Assembly: GCA_045132035.1 (NCBI GenBank)
Contig: JBGURM010000091.1
Coordinates: forward strand, 1 to 53,332
Direction of reading: 5' to 3'
DNA from: Bacilli bacterium
Lineage (GTDB): Bacteria > Bacillota_I > Bacilli_A > RFN20 > CAG-826
Length of the DNA stretch: 53,332 nt
Part shown: in pieces, positions 9,165 to 18,673 of the stretch
Position numbering within the stretch: position 1 is the stretch's first letter
Layout: every line of letters begins with the position of its first letter
Program-made: the position numbers and the translations under genes
Notes under the pieces: model-generated
Databases searched by the model: none
The model's input: the letters and a program-made list of their open reading frames with translations, nothing else
Told to the model about the DNA's origin: nothing

Positions 9165-9538
9165 GCAAAAAACGAAAAAGAATCAGAATCCTAAGAGGAA
9201 AATATTATACAACATTCCACACCGGCCGATTAGGTCATCCATCATTAGTTTTTAGATTGGATCGAAAAAGAAATAAGTATTGGATAGTCGTTTTTGATAC
9301 TACTGGAAGAAATGACAGAATAATGCTAAAAGTTCCGATTGAAACTACCGTAAAAGCTTCTTTTGTGCATAAAAAGCCAGTGATAGCTTCTCATGGAGAT
9401 TTGGGTGATCATGAATTAGTTGGTTTGAAAGTTGATAAGGTAGATAAAACTCGAATTGAATTAATTAAAAGAAAGAAACCTCAATTAACTAAAAAATATA
9501 AAAAGTATTTAGAACAAAAAAATAAAAAAGTCCGCTAG
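9161..9538 (+). CDS. small highly basic hypothetical protein (125 aa), cassette copy 2
   Basis: AAAGGAG RBS. The leader (GAAAACCATAACAaAAAGGAG...ATGAGCAAAAAA) is nearly identical to that of the 8660 gene. K/R-rich N- and C-termini. No family recognised. Confidence 0.65.
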   Translation: MSKKRKRIRILRGKYYTTFHTGRLGHPSLVFRLDRKRNKYWIVVFDTTGRNDRIMLKVPIETTVKASFVHKKPVIASHGDLGDHELVGLKVDKVDKTRIELIKRKKPQLTKKYKKYLEQKNKKVR

Positions 9539-9619
9539 GGACTTAGTGCATCGGGCAGATCGAGCTGCCAATTGGTGCGCGGTTGTCTGAGCCTATTTAG
9601 CTCTGCGTGACAACTTGTA

Positions 9620-9718
9620 AATATATTTAATCAAAAGGAGGGAAATAATTCAATATGGAATCTTATAAATGTCCGATTTGTGGAAACACCGATATACATT
9701 CTATTGGTTACTTAAATG
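9620..9718 (+). repeat. direct repeat copy 2 (the functional comFA RBS and 5' codons)
   Basis: See 9011-9108. Confidence 0.85.
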
Positions 9719-10797
9719 GCAAACCTTATTGTCGAAGATGTATCTCTTTTAAAGGTGAAGAAGTCGAACACAAGACTTCGTACCCTAAGAAAGCACCTAT
9801 TCATTTAGAGTATGAGTTATCTTCTGAACAAAAAGAATTATCAGATAAATTAGTGGAGAACTATAAGAAAGGAATAGATAGTTTAGTTTATGCAGTATGC
9901 GGGTCAGGTAAAACAGAAATATGCATAAATATCATAAAATATGCACTCGAGTGTGGAGATAAAGTTGCGTTTGCGTTGCCAAGAAGAGACGTATGTGTTG
10001 AATTATATAATAGGTTAAAAGATATATTTAACAAAAACACATTAACATGCGTATATGGAGGACACACAAAGGTCCTTTTCGCGGATATTATTGTCCTTAC
10101 AACTCATCAATTATATCGATATAGAAAATATTTTTCTTTGATTGTTTTAGATGAGATTGATGCTTTTCCTTTTAAAGGTGATGAAATATTAAATGCAATG
10201 TTCGAACAGGCTGTTATTGGACATTATGTTATGATGAGCGCAACTCCATCAAAAGAAACGATGGAGCACTTCTCAAAAGAAGGAAAAGACATATTAAAAC
10301 TTGAAACTAGATTTCATCGTCATCCTCTTCCAGTACCTAAAATTTTAGTTAGTGATCAATTAACGAATTTTATCACTCTAATTAGATATATGAAGAAGTA
10401 TATAAAACTCAAAAAACCAATGTTTATTTTTGCGCCAACAATTGAGGAATGTGAGAGGACATACAGGCTAGTTTCTATATTTGTAAAAGAAGGGAATTAC
10501 GTTCATTCAAAGCGAGAAAATCGTAAAGAAATTATTGAAGGTTTTAGGATAGGAATCTATAAATACCTAATAACCACGTCAGTTTTAGAAAGAGGAGTAA
10601 CGGTGCGTGATTTGCAGGTGATTGTCTATAAATTTCATAGTTTTGTCTATGATAAAGGAACATTAATTCAAATTTCAGGAAGGGTCGGAAGGAAGATAGA
10701 CGCCCCAGAAGGCGAGGTGATTTTCATTGGAGAAAAAAGAACAAAAGAAGCTGAGTTTGCAGTCATTGAGATTCAATCTAGTAACGCGTCACTGTAA
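9655..10797 (+). CDS. comFA: competence protein ComFA (DEAD/DEAH-type ATPase/helicase with N-terminal zinc finger)
   Basis: CPICGN...CRRC zinc finger, Walker A CGSGKTE, DEID box, TTSVLERGVT and QISGRVGR helicase motifs. Followed by comFC. Confidence 0.88.
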   Translation: MESYKCPICGNTDIHSIGYLNGKPYCRRCISFKGEEVEHKTSYPKKAPIHLEYELSSEQKELSDKLVENYKKGIDSLVYAVCGSGKTEICINIIKYALECGDKVAFALPRRDVCVELYNRLKDIFNKNTLTCVYGGHTKVLFADIIVLTTHQLYRYRKYFSLIVLDEIDAFPFKGDEILNAMFEQAVIGHYVMMSATPSKETMEHFSKEGKDILKLETRFHRHPLPVPKILVSDQLTNFITLIRYMKKYIKLKKPMFIFAPTIEECERTYRLVSIFVKEGNYVHSKRENRKEIIEGFRIGIYKYLITTSVLERGVTVRDLQVIVYKFHSFVYDKGTLIQISGRVGRKIDAPEGEVIFIGEKRTKEAEFAVIEIQSSNASL

Positions 10798-11431
10798 GAT
10801 CTGTTTTGAAGAGATTAAGGACTTATCGATGTATAACTTCTTTCACCCAAAAAGTGAGCTATGTGAAAGGTGCTTTCAATCACTAAAAGCGGAGTTCATT
10901 CGCTTCTATGTTGGCGATGTTCCAACCTTAGCGGTTTATCACTACGATGGCACGATTAAAAATCTGCTTTATAAGTTCAAAGGATGCTATGACTATGAAC
11001 TCAAAAATGTGTTTCTAGAGAGGTACTTATTATATTTAAGAGCTATATATGCTGGATATGTAGTTGTACCTGTTCCATCTAGTAAGGTTGATGATGAAAA
11101 AAGAGGGTTCAACCATGTAGATGAAATCTTTAAATCACTTAAATTACCAATGGAGTATGTATTAAAGAAAGAAGTTAAAGAAAAACAATCATCAAAATCT
11201 AAAAAGAGTAGGTCAAAAATAGATAAGCAAATAGTCATTGAAAATAAAGCAAAAATAAAAGGGAAAAAAGTTCTTGTTGTTGATGATGTTTATACAACCG
11301 GAGCGACGCTTTATAAGGCAATTTGTTTGGTTAAATCTGCTGGTCCAAAAAAAGTAAAAGCGTTAGTGGTTGCTAAAACTATTGACTTAGATAAACGAAA
11401 TAGAAAAACAATATTTCCTAAATTGTATTAG
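10727..11431 (+). CDS. comFC: ComFC/ComF-family phosphoribosyltransferase-domain competence protein
   Basis: N-terminal CKIC...CERC zinc motif and PRT motif VLVVDDVYTTGATL. The start is uncertain: ATG 10727 gives a 71-nt overlap with comFA, and an in-frame TTG at 10766 is an alternative. Confidence 0.85.
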   Translation: MEKKEQKKLSLQSLRFNLVTRHCKICFEEIKDLSMYNFFHPKSELCERCFQSLKAEFIRFYVGDVPTLAVYHYDGTIKNLLYKFKGCYDYELKNVFLERYLLYLRAIYAGYVVVPVPSSKVDDEKRGFNHVDEIFKSLKLPMEYVLKKEVKEKQSSKSKKSRSKIDKQIVIENKAKIKGKKVLVVDDVYTTGATLYKAICLVKSAGPKKVKALVVAKTIDLDKRNRKTIFPKLY

Positions 11432-11514
11432 GTAAATCTAATACATAAGTGATATATTTATAAACGGACACTAAATGTTCTTTTTTAAAAAGAAAGATTA
11501 CGGAGGTATATTAA

Positions 11515-13980
11515 ATGGGCTTTTTCGACAAATTAGCAATTAATAAATATTCAAAAATTGCGGATAAGGTTGTTGCCTTAGAAGACAAAATGAAAGCTCT
11601 CACTGATGAGCAATTAAGAGAAAAAACCACTTATTTTAAAGATTTACTCGCAAAAGGAAGCACTCTTGAAGATATCAAAGTTGAAGCTTTTGCGGTTGCA
11701 AGAGAAGCTGCAAGAAGAACTATTGGAGAATTCCCATATAAAGTTCAAATTATTGGTTCCTTAGCATTACATGCAGGTGATGTAGCCGAAATGAAAACTG
11801 GTGAAGGTAAAACTTTAACAGCTACCATGGCGGTTTATCTTAACGCATTAGCGGGTAAAGGTGTGCACGTTGTTACAGTTAACGAATACTTAAGTGAACG
11901 TGACGCTAACTGGATGGGTCAAATCTATAGATTTTTAGGTTTAACTGTTGGAGTTAACTTAAGAGCAAAAACAACAAGTGAAAAAAGAGAAGCATATTTA
12001 TGCGATATCACATATACAACTAACTCAGAATTAGGTTTCGATTACTTAAGAGACAATATGGCCACCGATATGGCTCATAGAGTGTTAAGAGGACTTGACT
12101 TCTGTATCGTTGATGAAGCCGACTCAATTTTAATTGATGAATCTCGTACCCCACTCATTATTTCTGGTGGTGCTAGAGCGAGTGCGTCTCAATACACAGT
12201 CGCTGATAGATTCGTTAAGGCTTTAAAGAAAGAAGTCGACTTTGTCGTTGATGTAAAAGAGAAAACAGTCAACTTAACAGATGAAGGCAACGCTAAAGCT
12301 GACAGAATGTTCGGTATCAAGAACTTATATGATCCTGAATACGCTGATCTCGTTCATAGAATTCATAACGCTTTAAGAGCGAACTACATTATGGCAAGAG
12401 ATGTCGACTATTTAGTCGATGCTGAAGGACAAATTCAAATTATTGACCAATTTACTGGTCGTGTTCTTCCAGGAAGAGAATGGTCTGATGGTTTACACCA
12501 AGCTGTTCAAGCTAAAGAAAATGTTGAAATCAAACAAGAAACCATCACTATGGCGACCATTACATACCAAAACTTCTTCCGTTTATATAAGAAAATGGCA
12601 GGTATGACAGGTACCGCTAAAACTGAAGAAGAAGAATTTAGAAAAATCTACAACATGCGTGTTGTTTGCGTTCCAACTAATAGACCAATCGCTAGAGTGG
12701 ACGCAATCGATTATGTATACGCACATAAAGGACCAAAACTTGCTGCATTAATTAAGGAAGTTAAAGCAAGACATGAAATCGGACAACCAATCTTGATTGG
12801 TACCGTTTCAGTTGAGTCTTCTGAAGAAATTTCAAAACTATTAATTGAAGCTGGCTTACAACATGAAATGTTGAACGCTAAAAACCACGCTCGTGAAGCT
12901 GAAATTATTAAAGACGCTGGTAGAAAAGGTGCGATTACCCTTGCTACTAACATGGCAGGTCGTGGTACCGATATTAAGATTGATGACGAAGTCAGAAACC
13001 TTGAAAAATCAGTGCCAGAAGAAAAGAGAAAAGAACTCGCCGCTCAAGGTATTACCAATTTGTCTGGTTTATGTGTTTTCGGTACCGAAAGACATGAATC
13101 AAGACGTATTGATAACCAATTAAGAGGTCGTTCTGGACGTCAAGGTGACCCAGGATTCTCTAGATTCTATGTTTCATTTGATGATGAACTTTTAGTGAGA
13201 TTCGCTGCTGATAATATGCGTAACTTCATCGAAAAGAATTTTGGTGATGAAGCTCTTGAAGCCAAAATGGTGTCTAATGTTATCACAAGCGCGCAAAAGA
13301 GAATCGAAGGTCAAAACTTTGACACTCGTAAATCATTACTTGATTACGATGATGTTTTAGCTAAACAAAGACAAATTGTCTATGACAAACGTGATAGAAT
13401 CATCGAAGGTAAAGATATTACTGATATTATCGATGATGTCTTTAAGACAACCGGTATGTTCTTAGCGAATAAAGCAGTGCCAGTTGGAAACACTGACAAA
13501 GTCATTTCTGGTGAATTATTAATTAAAGAAGTTGAACCAAGATTCTTACCTGCTGGTTCCTTAAAAGCAGCTTTATATGATGAAGCATATGTTGATGATG
13601 TTGGACCAGATCTTGGAGAAGTTATCTATGATAGATACCTTGAAAAGAGAAAAGAATGGCCAGAAGAATTACAACAAGGCCAAGTTGAAAGAAACTTCAT
13701 CTTAAGATGTATCGACCAAAACTGGACCAAGCATATTGATGCGATGGCAAGATTAAGAGAAGGCATTCACTTAAGAAGCTACGCGAATATCAACCCATTA
13801 CAAGATTACGTTAATGAAGGCTATAAGATGTTTAGAGAATGCTTAGACATCGCTAGTGTTGACGCTGTTTTAAATCTTGTTAATGTAAAAATTGAAAGAA
13901 GACAACCTGAAGAACAAAAACCAGAAGGTGAAGTTGTTGACGCCGAAGCAAAACCAGCTGATGGTGAGGAAAACAAATAA
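11515..13980 (+). CDS. secA: preprotein translocase ATPase SecA
   Basis: MKTGEGKTL Walker A, DEADSILIDE, TNMAGRGTDI. 821 aa. The C-terminus is acidic with no Cys/His zinc tail. Confidence 0.97.
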   Translation: MGFFDKLAINKYSKIADKVVALEDKMKALTDEQLREKTTYFKDLLAKGSTLEDIKVEAFAVAREAARRTIGEFPYKVQIIGSLALHAGDVAEMKTGEGKTLTATMAVYLNALAGKGVHVVTVNEYLSERDANWMGQIYRFLGLTVGVNLRAKTTSEKREAYLCDITYTTNSELGFDYLRDNMATDMAHRVLRGLDFCIVDEADSILIDESRTPLIISGGARASASQYTVADRFVKALKKEVDFVVDVKEKTVNLTDEGNAKADRMFGIKNLYDPEYADLVHRIHNALRANYIMARDVDYLVDAEGQIQIIDQFTGRVLPGREWSDGLHQAVQAKENVEIKQETITMATITYQNFFRLYKKMAGMTGTAKTEEEEFRKIYNMRVVCVPTNRPIARVDAIDYVYAHKGPKLAALIKEVKARHEIGQPILIGTVSVESSEEISKLLIEAGLQHEMLNAKNHAREAEIIKDAGRKGAITLATNMAGRGTDIKIDDEVRNLEKSVPEEKRKELAAQGITNLSGLCVFGTERHESRRIDNQLRGRSGRQGDPGFSRFYVSFDDELLVRFAADNMRNFIEKNFGDEALEAKMVSNVITSAQKRIEGQNFDTRKSLLDYDDVLAKQRQIVYDKRDRIIEGKDITDIIDDVFKTTGMFLANKAVPVGNTDKVISGELLIKEVEPRFLPAGSLKAALYDEAYVDDVGPDLGEVIYDRYLEKRKEWPEELQQGQVERNFILRCIDQNWTKHIDAMARLREGIHLRSYANINPLQDYVNEGYKMFRECLDIASVDAVLNLVNVKIERRQPEEQKPEGEVVDAEAKPADGEENK

Positions 13981-15084
13981 TGAAAGACCTAGTTAGTTTA
14001 AAACAAGAACTTGGTGCTGTTGGCGAGAGAATCCGTCAACTCGGGTCTTCTCTTTGACCTCGTTAAGTTAGAAAACGAAATCAAAGAACTTCAATCTCAA
14101 AGCGAGAAAGAAGATTTTTGGAGCGATCAAAAAACCGCTCTTGAGGTCATTAATCAATTAAATTCAAAGAAAAATATATTTGAAAAATATACAACATTAA
14201 TTTCAAACTTAAACGACATTAATGAACTTTTAGATATGAATGATGAATCTTTATTTGATTCTCTTTCAGCGTCTACTGAAGAATTAAAGAAACTGGTGTC
14301 TGAATTTGAAGTTGAAAGATTATTCACTGGTGAATTTGATAATTTAAATGCAATATTAGAAATTCATCCTGGTGCGGGTGGAACAGAGGCACAAGACTGG
14401 GCAGATATGCTCTACCGCATGTATGTTCTTTTCGCGGAAGCTCATAGATTTAAAATGCAACTTATTTCATATGAACCAGGTGAAGAGGCTGGACTTAAGT
14501 CCGTCACAATTAAAATCGCAGGAAAACACGCTTATGGGCTACTTAAAAGCGAAAAAGGAGTCCATAGACTCGTTAGAATTTCACCGTTTGACGCGAATAA
14601 AAGAAGACACACTTCATTTGCATCTGTAAACGTTATTCCTGAATTTGTTGATAATTCAATTAATATTGAAATTAATGACGCTGATTTAAAAATTGATACA
14701 TATCGTAGTGGCGGCGCTGGTGGACAAAACGTCAATAAAGTTGAAACTGCAGTTAGAATCACCCACCTCCCTACTGGAATAGTGGTGTCGTGTCAAATTG
14801 AAAGAAGCCAATTATCTAATAAAGAAACAGCGATGGCGATGTTAAAAAGCAAGCTCTATTTATTAGAAGTTGAAAAAAGAAATAACGAATTAAATTCAAT
14901 CGTTGGTGAAAAGAAAAATATTGAATGGGGAAGTCAAATTCGTTCTTATGTCTTTTGCCCATATACCTTAGTTAAAGACAATAGAACTAACTATGAAGCA
15001 ACAGACGTTAACGCTGTTATGAATGGTGATATTGACAATTTCCTATACGCTTATTTACAAATGGAGGCCAAGAACAATGCATAA
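13980..15084 (+). CDS. prfB: peptide chain release factor 2 (requires programmed +1 frameshift at 14055)
   Basis: Frame 0 runs from ATG 13980 (TAATG overlap with the secA stop) and gives [25 protein letters not shown], then TGA. Skipping T14055 joins [13 protein letters not shown]... of the long ORF. SPF motif (RISPFD) and GGQ motif are present. Confidence 0.93.
14052..14058 (+). promoter_or_regulatory. RF2 autoregulatory +1 frameshift site CTT TGA C
   Basis: Exact CUU UGA C heptamer at codons 25-26 of prfB, with a G-rich stretch (CTCGGGTCT) just upstream as a possible internal SD-like element. Confidence 0.85.
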
Positions 15085-16003
15085 AAGTTTATTAGTTCAA
15101 ATTAGAAATTACATTCTAGTTATTGCCGGCACTTTTATTCTTTCTTTTGGTGCTGTTATCTTTTTATCAGAGTGTGAAATTGTTGCCGGAGGAGTGTCTG
15201 GAATCGCTGTTATTATCCAACACTTTATTAACATACAAATGTACGATTATATAGTTGCAGGATTAACGATATTATTCTGGATTTTAGGACTAATACTTGT
15301 TGGTAAGGATTTTGCAATTAAGACACTTTTATCGTCTGTTTTATATATTGGATTTACTTTCTTATTTAAGAGAGTTGAATTCTTTACTGACTTAGCAAAA
15401 ACGTTTGCAGGCACTAATAATGGAGGCACTTCAGAAGTAGGAAATTACATCTTATGTGGACTATTTGGTGGTGTCTTTGTTGGTGGTGGAGTTGCCCTCA
15501 CTTTCTTAGGTGGAGGATCAACTGGAGGCGTTGATGTTATCCAAATTTTAGGAAGCAAATGGTTTAAGATTAAAGAATCAATCACATCATTTTTAGTCGA
15601 TGCGACAGTCATCATTGTTGGCATGATTTGTCTGCAATTACCTATCCCTGCTTTATGTGGTATTTTGTCTGCATTTATGACCGCTGCTCTTATTGAAGTT
15701 GTCTATATTAGAAATCAAACCAGCTATCAAGTTGATATCATTTCCGAGAAGTGGGAATTGATTAGTAAATACGCTCAAGACGAGCTTGAAAGAGGGGCAA
15801 CAATCATTCACGCTGAAGGCGGATACAAAGGCGAAGAAAGAGTCATTTTGCGTGTTGTTTTTGATAAGTCTCAATACGAAAAAATTAGAGATTATATCGC
15901 TTCTGTTGACCCAAAAGCATTCGTTACTTTTACTCAAACCAACGCTGTTTATGGCGAGGGATTCAATAGTAACAAGAAAAGAGAGAAAAAGCTGAAAAAA
16001 TAG
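15077..16003 (+). CDS. YitT-family membrane protein with C-terminal DUF2179 domain
   Basis: Polytopic N-terminal part and a C-terminal [22 protein letters not shown]...AVYGEGF. ATG 15077 is preceded by ATGGAGG and overlaps the prfB end by 8 nt. The track start at 15023 lies inside prfB. Confidence 0.8.
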   Translation: MHKSLLVQIRNYILVIAGTFILSFGAVIFLSECEIVAGGVSGIAVIIQHFINIQMYDYIVAGLTILFWILGLILVGKDFAIKTLLSSVLYIGFTFLFKRVEFFTDLAKTFAGTNNGGTSEVGNYILCGLFGGVFVGGGVALTFLGGGSTGGVDVIQILGSKWFKIKESITSFLVDATVIIVGMICLQLPIPALCGILSAFMTAALIEVVYIRNQTSYQVDIISEKWELISKYAQDELERGATIIHAEGGYKGEERVILRVVFDKSQYEKIRDYIASVDPKAFVTFTQTNAVYGEGFNSNKKREKKLKK

Positions 16004-16012
16004 GAAATTTGC

Positions 16013-18004
16013 ATGAAAAATATCGATAATTCACACCTTTTTCAAATTAATTCTCAATTCAAACCAACCGGTGATCAGCCAACTGCTATCGCTAAATTGG
16101 TCGATGGTTTAAATAGTGGAAAGAGACTACAAGTTCTATTAGGCGCTACCGGAACAGGTAAGACTTTTACTATGGCTAACATCATAGAAAGAGTTCAGCG
16201 ACCAGCGCTCGTTCTTGTTCATAATAAAACACTTGCTGGTCAACTATATTCTGAGTTTAAAGAACTCTTCCCAAATAACCGTGTTGAGTACTTTGTTTCT
16301 AACTTCGATTTTTATCAGCCAGAAGCCTATATTCCTAAAAGCGATACATACATCGATAAGACCGCTTTGATGAATGATGAAATCGAGATGTTAAGAACAA
16401 GCGCGATTAATTCTATATTAGAAAGAAGAGACACAATTGTTGTTGCCTCTGTTGCTTCAATCTATGGATTAACTGATCCAGATGAATATCGTAACTTAGT
16501 GTTTGAAATTCGTGTTGGAGAAGAGATTAATAGACAAGATTTCTATAAAGCTTTAGTGGATGCTCAATATAAAAGAAATAATTTAGATACTCCTCCAGGA
16601 AGTTTTAGGGTAAGAGGAGATATTATTGAAATTGTTCCTGCAAATATGACTGATAACACCGTCATTCGTATTGATACATTTGGTGATGAAATTGAAAAGA
16701 TTTATGAAGTCGATTTACTAAGTGGAGAAATAAAACATTCTTACCATACATATCCAATTTTTCCAGCGTATGATCATGCTTCAACTAGAGAAAGAATTAA
16801 AGAGGCTTGTAAGACCATTAAAGAAGAGTTAAAAGATCGTCTTGAATTCTTTAGAAGTAATGGTCAACTCTTAGAAGCTGAACGTCTTGAAATGAGAACA
16901 AATCAAGATGTTGAGAACATGGAAGAATTTGGTATGTGTCCTGGAATTGAAAACTATTCAAGACATATTGATAAACGTCAACCAGGTCAAAGACCATTCT
17001 GTTTAATTGATTATTTCCCTGATGACTTTATTTTATTTGTTGATGAGTCACACGTTTCACTTCCTCAAATAAGAGGAATGTATAACGGTGATAGAAGTAG
17101 AAAAGAAACGCTTGTTGAGTATGGATTTAGACTTCCAAGTGCCTTAGATAATAGACCACTGAATTTTGAAGAATTTGAAAGTCTTATGCCTCAAACAATT
17201 TGTACCTCAGCGACACCTGGTGATTATGAACTAAATAAAACTGATGGTGAAATAGTTGAACAAATTATTAGACCAACAGGACTTCTTGATCCAGTTGTGG
17301 AAGTTAGACCTACTAGAGGCCAAATTGATGATATTCTTTTTGAAATAAAAGAAAGAACAGCGAAAAACGAAAGAGTAATGATTGTTACATTAACAGTCAA
17401 AATGGCGGAAGACCTCACACAATATCTAAAAGAAAGAGGAATCAAAGTTGTTTATTTGCATCATGAAACCAAAACTTTGGAACGTAGCGAAGTCATTTAT
17501 CAATTGCGTAAAGGCAAATATGACGTTTTAGTGGGTATCAATCTTCTTAGAGAAGGACTTGATATTCCAGAAGTTTCTTTAGTGGCTATTCTAGACGCTG
17601 ATAAAGAAGGTTTCTTAAGAAGCACAAGAAGCTTAATTCAAGTTATTGGTAGAGCTAGTAGAAACTCTGGTGGAAAAGTCATTATGTACGCTGATAATAT
17701 GACTGATTCCATGAATAACGCTATTAGTGAAACAAATAGAAGACGTAGCATTCAACAAGAATATAATGATGAATATGGAATTGTTCCAAGAACCATTATT
17801 AAAGAGATTAGACCTCCTATTCATAATTCAGACGATGAGATTAGTGAAATGGTTAAACTTTCAAAACATGGAACAAGGTCTCAATTGACAGCAAGAATTA
17901 AAGAATTAGAAAAACAAATGAGACAAGCCGCTAAGGAATTTGATTTCGAAAGAGCGGCTGAATTAAGAGATATTATTCTCGAGATGAAAGCGGAATTGAA
18001 CTAA
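16013..18004 (+). CDS. uvrB: excinuclease ABC subunit B
   Basis: [17 protein letters not shown], helicase motifs, and a C-terminal UVR domain (FERAAELRD). Confidence 0.97.
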   Translation: MKNIDNSHLFQINSQFKPTGDQPTAIAKLVDGLNSGKRLQVLLGATGTGKTFTMANIIERVQRPALVLVHNKTLAGQLYSEFKELFPNNRVEYFVSNFDFYQPEAYIPKSDTYIDKTALMNDEIEMLRTSAINSILERRDTIVVASVASIYGLTDPDEYRNLVFEIRVGEEINRQDFYKALVDAQYKRNNLDTPPGSFRVRGDIIEIVPANMTDNTVIRIDTFGDEIEKIYEVDLLSGEIKHSYHTYPIFPAYDHASTRERIKEACKTIKEELKDRLEFFRSNGQLLEAERLEMRTNQDVENMEEFGMCPGIENYSRHIDKRQPGQRPFCLIDYFPDDFILFVDESHVSLPQIRGMYNGDRSRKETLVEYGFRLPSALDNRPLNFEEFESLMPQTICTSATPGDYELNKTDGEIVEQIIRPTGLLDPVVEVRPTRGQIDDILFEIKERTAKNERVMIVTLTVKMAEDLTQYLKERGIKVVYLHHETKTLERSEVIYQLRKGKYDVLVGINLLREGLDIPEVSLVAILDADKEGFLRSTRSLIQVIGRASRNSGGKVIMYADNMTDSMNNAISETNRRRSIQQEYNDEYGIVPRTIIKEIRPPIHNSDDEISEMVKLSKHGTRSQLTARIKELEKQMRQAAKEFDFERAAELRDIILEMKAELN

Positions 18005-18075
18005 TTTCGTGAAATAATGATTGATTAAATCATTTTACTTTATTAGAATTATCAACAGCGAAAGGAGAAAAACGC

Positions 18076-18309
18076 ATGTTAGCTTGGTACGATTGGGTAT
18101 TACTTGTTACTAGTGTCATCATCATTGTCTTGTGCTTATTACAAGGCGGTAAATCAGAAGGTGCTTCTGGTGCTATTACTGGTGGTGGACTTAACGTTTT
18201 CGTTAAAACCAAAGAAAGAGGCGCTGAAAAAGTCATCTCTATTCTCACTTTAATCGTTGCTATCATCTTCTTCATTCTCGCTGTTCTTATTAAAATCCTT
18301 AACGGATAA
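18076..18309 (+). CDS. secG: preprotein translocase subunit SecG
   Basis: 77 aa with two TM segments flanking the glycine-rich loop GGKSEGASGAITGGG. Confidence 0.85.
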   Translation: MLAWYDWVLLVTSVIIIVLCLLQGGKSEGASGAITGGGLNVFVKTKERGAEKVISILTLIVAIIFFILAVLIKILNG

Positions 18310-18331
18310 TTAAGAACTATCCAGACAAAAT

Positions 18332-18362
18332 ATCCTTAGGTGAATAACTTAAGGATTTTTTT
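18332..18362 (+). terminator. rho-independent terminator after secG
   Basis: ATCCTTA...TAAGGAT hairpin followed by seven Ts. Confidence 0.8.
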
Positions 18363-18386
18363 ATACTTTGAATATAAAATTAAAGC

Positions 18387-18638
18387 ATGAAGTATTCTTA
18401 TTACGCGACATTTAAAAAAGACGAACAAAATCCAGAATATATCAATGTCACCTTTCCTGACATTGTTCCGGGAGTGACTTTTGGTGATTCTTTTGAAGAT
18501 GCAGTATATATGGCTAAGGACTTGCTAAAGTTAATGTTAAAAGAAGCACCACAGCAGTGTTTCCCACCAACAAGTCTAGAAAAGTTAAAAGAAGAATATC
18601 CTGACGAGACATTCGTATTAATAGAAGTAGAAATATAA
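18387..18638 (+). CDS. HicB-like (UPF0150) antitoxin-fold protein, solo
   Basis: 83 aa. The pattern YYATFKKDE...INVTFPDIPG..TFGDSFEDAVYMAKDLL matches the HicB N-terminal domain. No HicA-sized ORF is adjacent and no obvious SD is present. Confidence 0.55.
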   Translation: MKYSYYATFKKDEQNPEYINVTFPDIVPGVTFGDSFEDAVYMAKDLLKLMLKEAPQQCFPPTSLEKLKEEYPDETFVLIEVEI

Positions 18639-18639
18639 A

Positions 18640-18673
18640 AAATCTGGAAGTAACTAATCCAGATTTTTGTTTA
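18640..18673 (+). terminator. rho-independent terminator after the HicB-like gene
   Basis: AAATCTGGA...TCCAGATTT hairpin followed by a T-run. Confidence 0.75.

Noticed and set aside
8951-9614. Possible integron attC-type sites after the two small cassette ORFs.
   Set aside because: The stems read 5'-GTTxxx...xxxAAC-3', not the RYYYAAC...GTTRRRY order of attC. No intI-like integrase or attI is present in the window. Retained only as unexplained hairpins.
11431-11514. Weak hairpin GGACA-ctaaa-TGTTC plus T-run after comFC, considered as a terminator.
   Set aside because: The stem is only 5 bp and includes a G-U pair. It is plausible but too weak to list as a feature.
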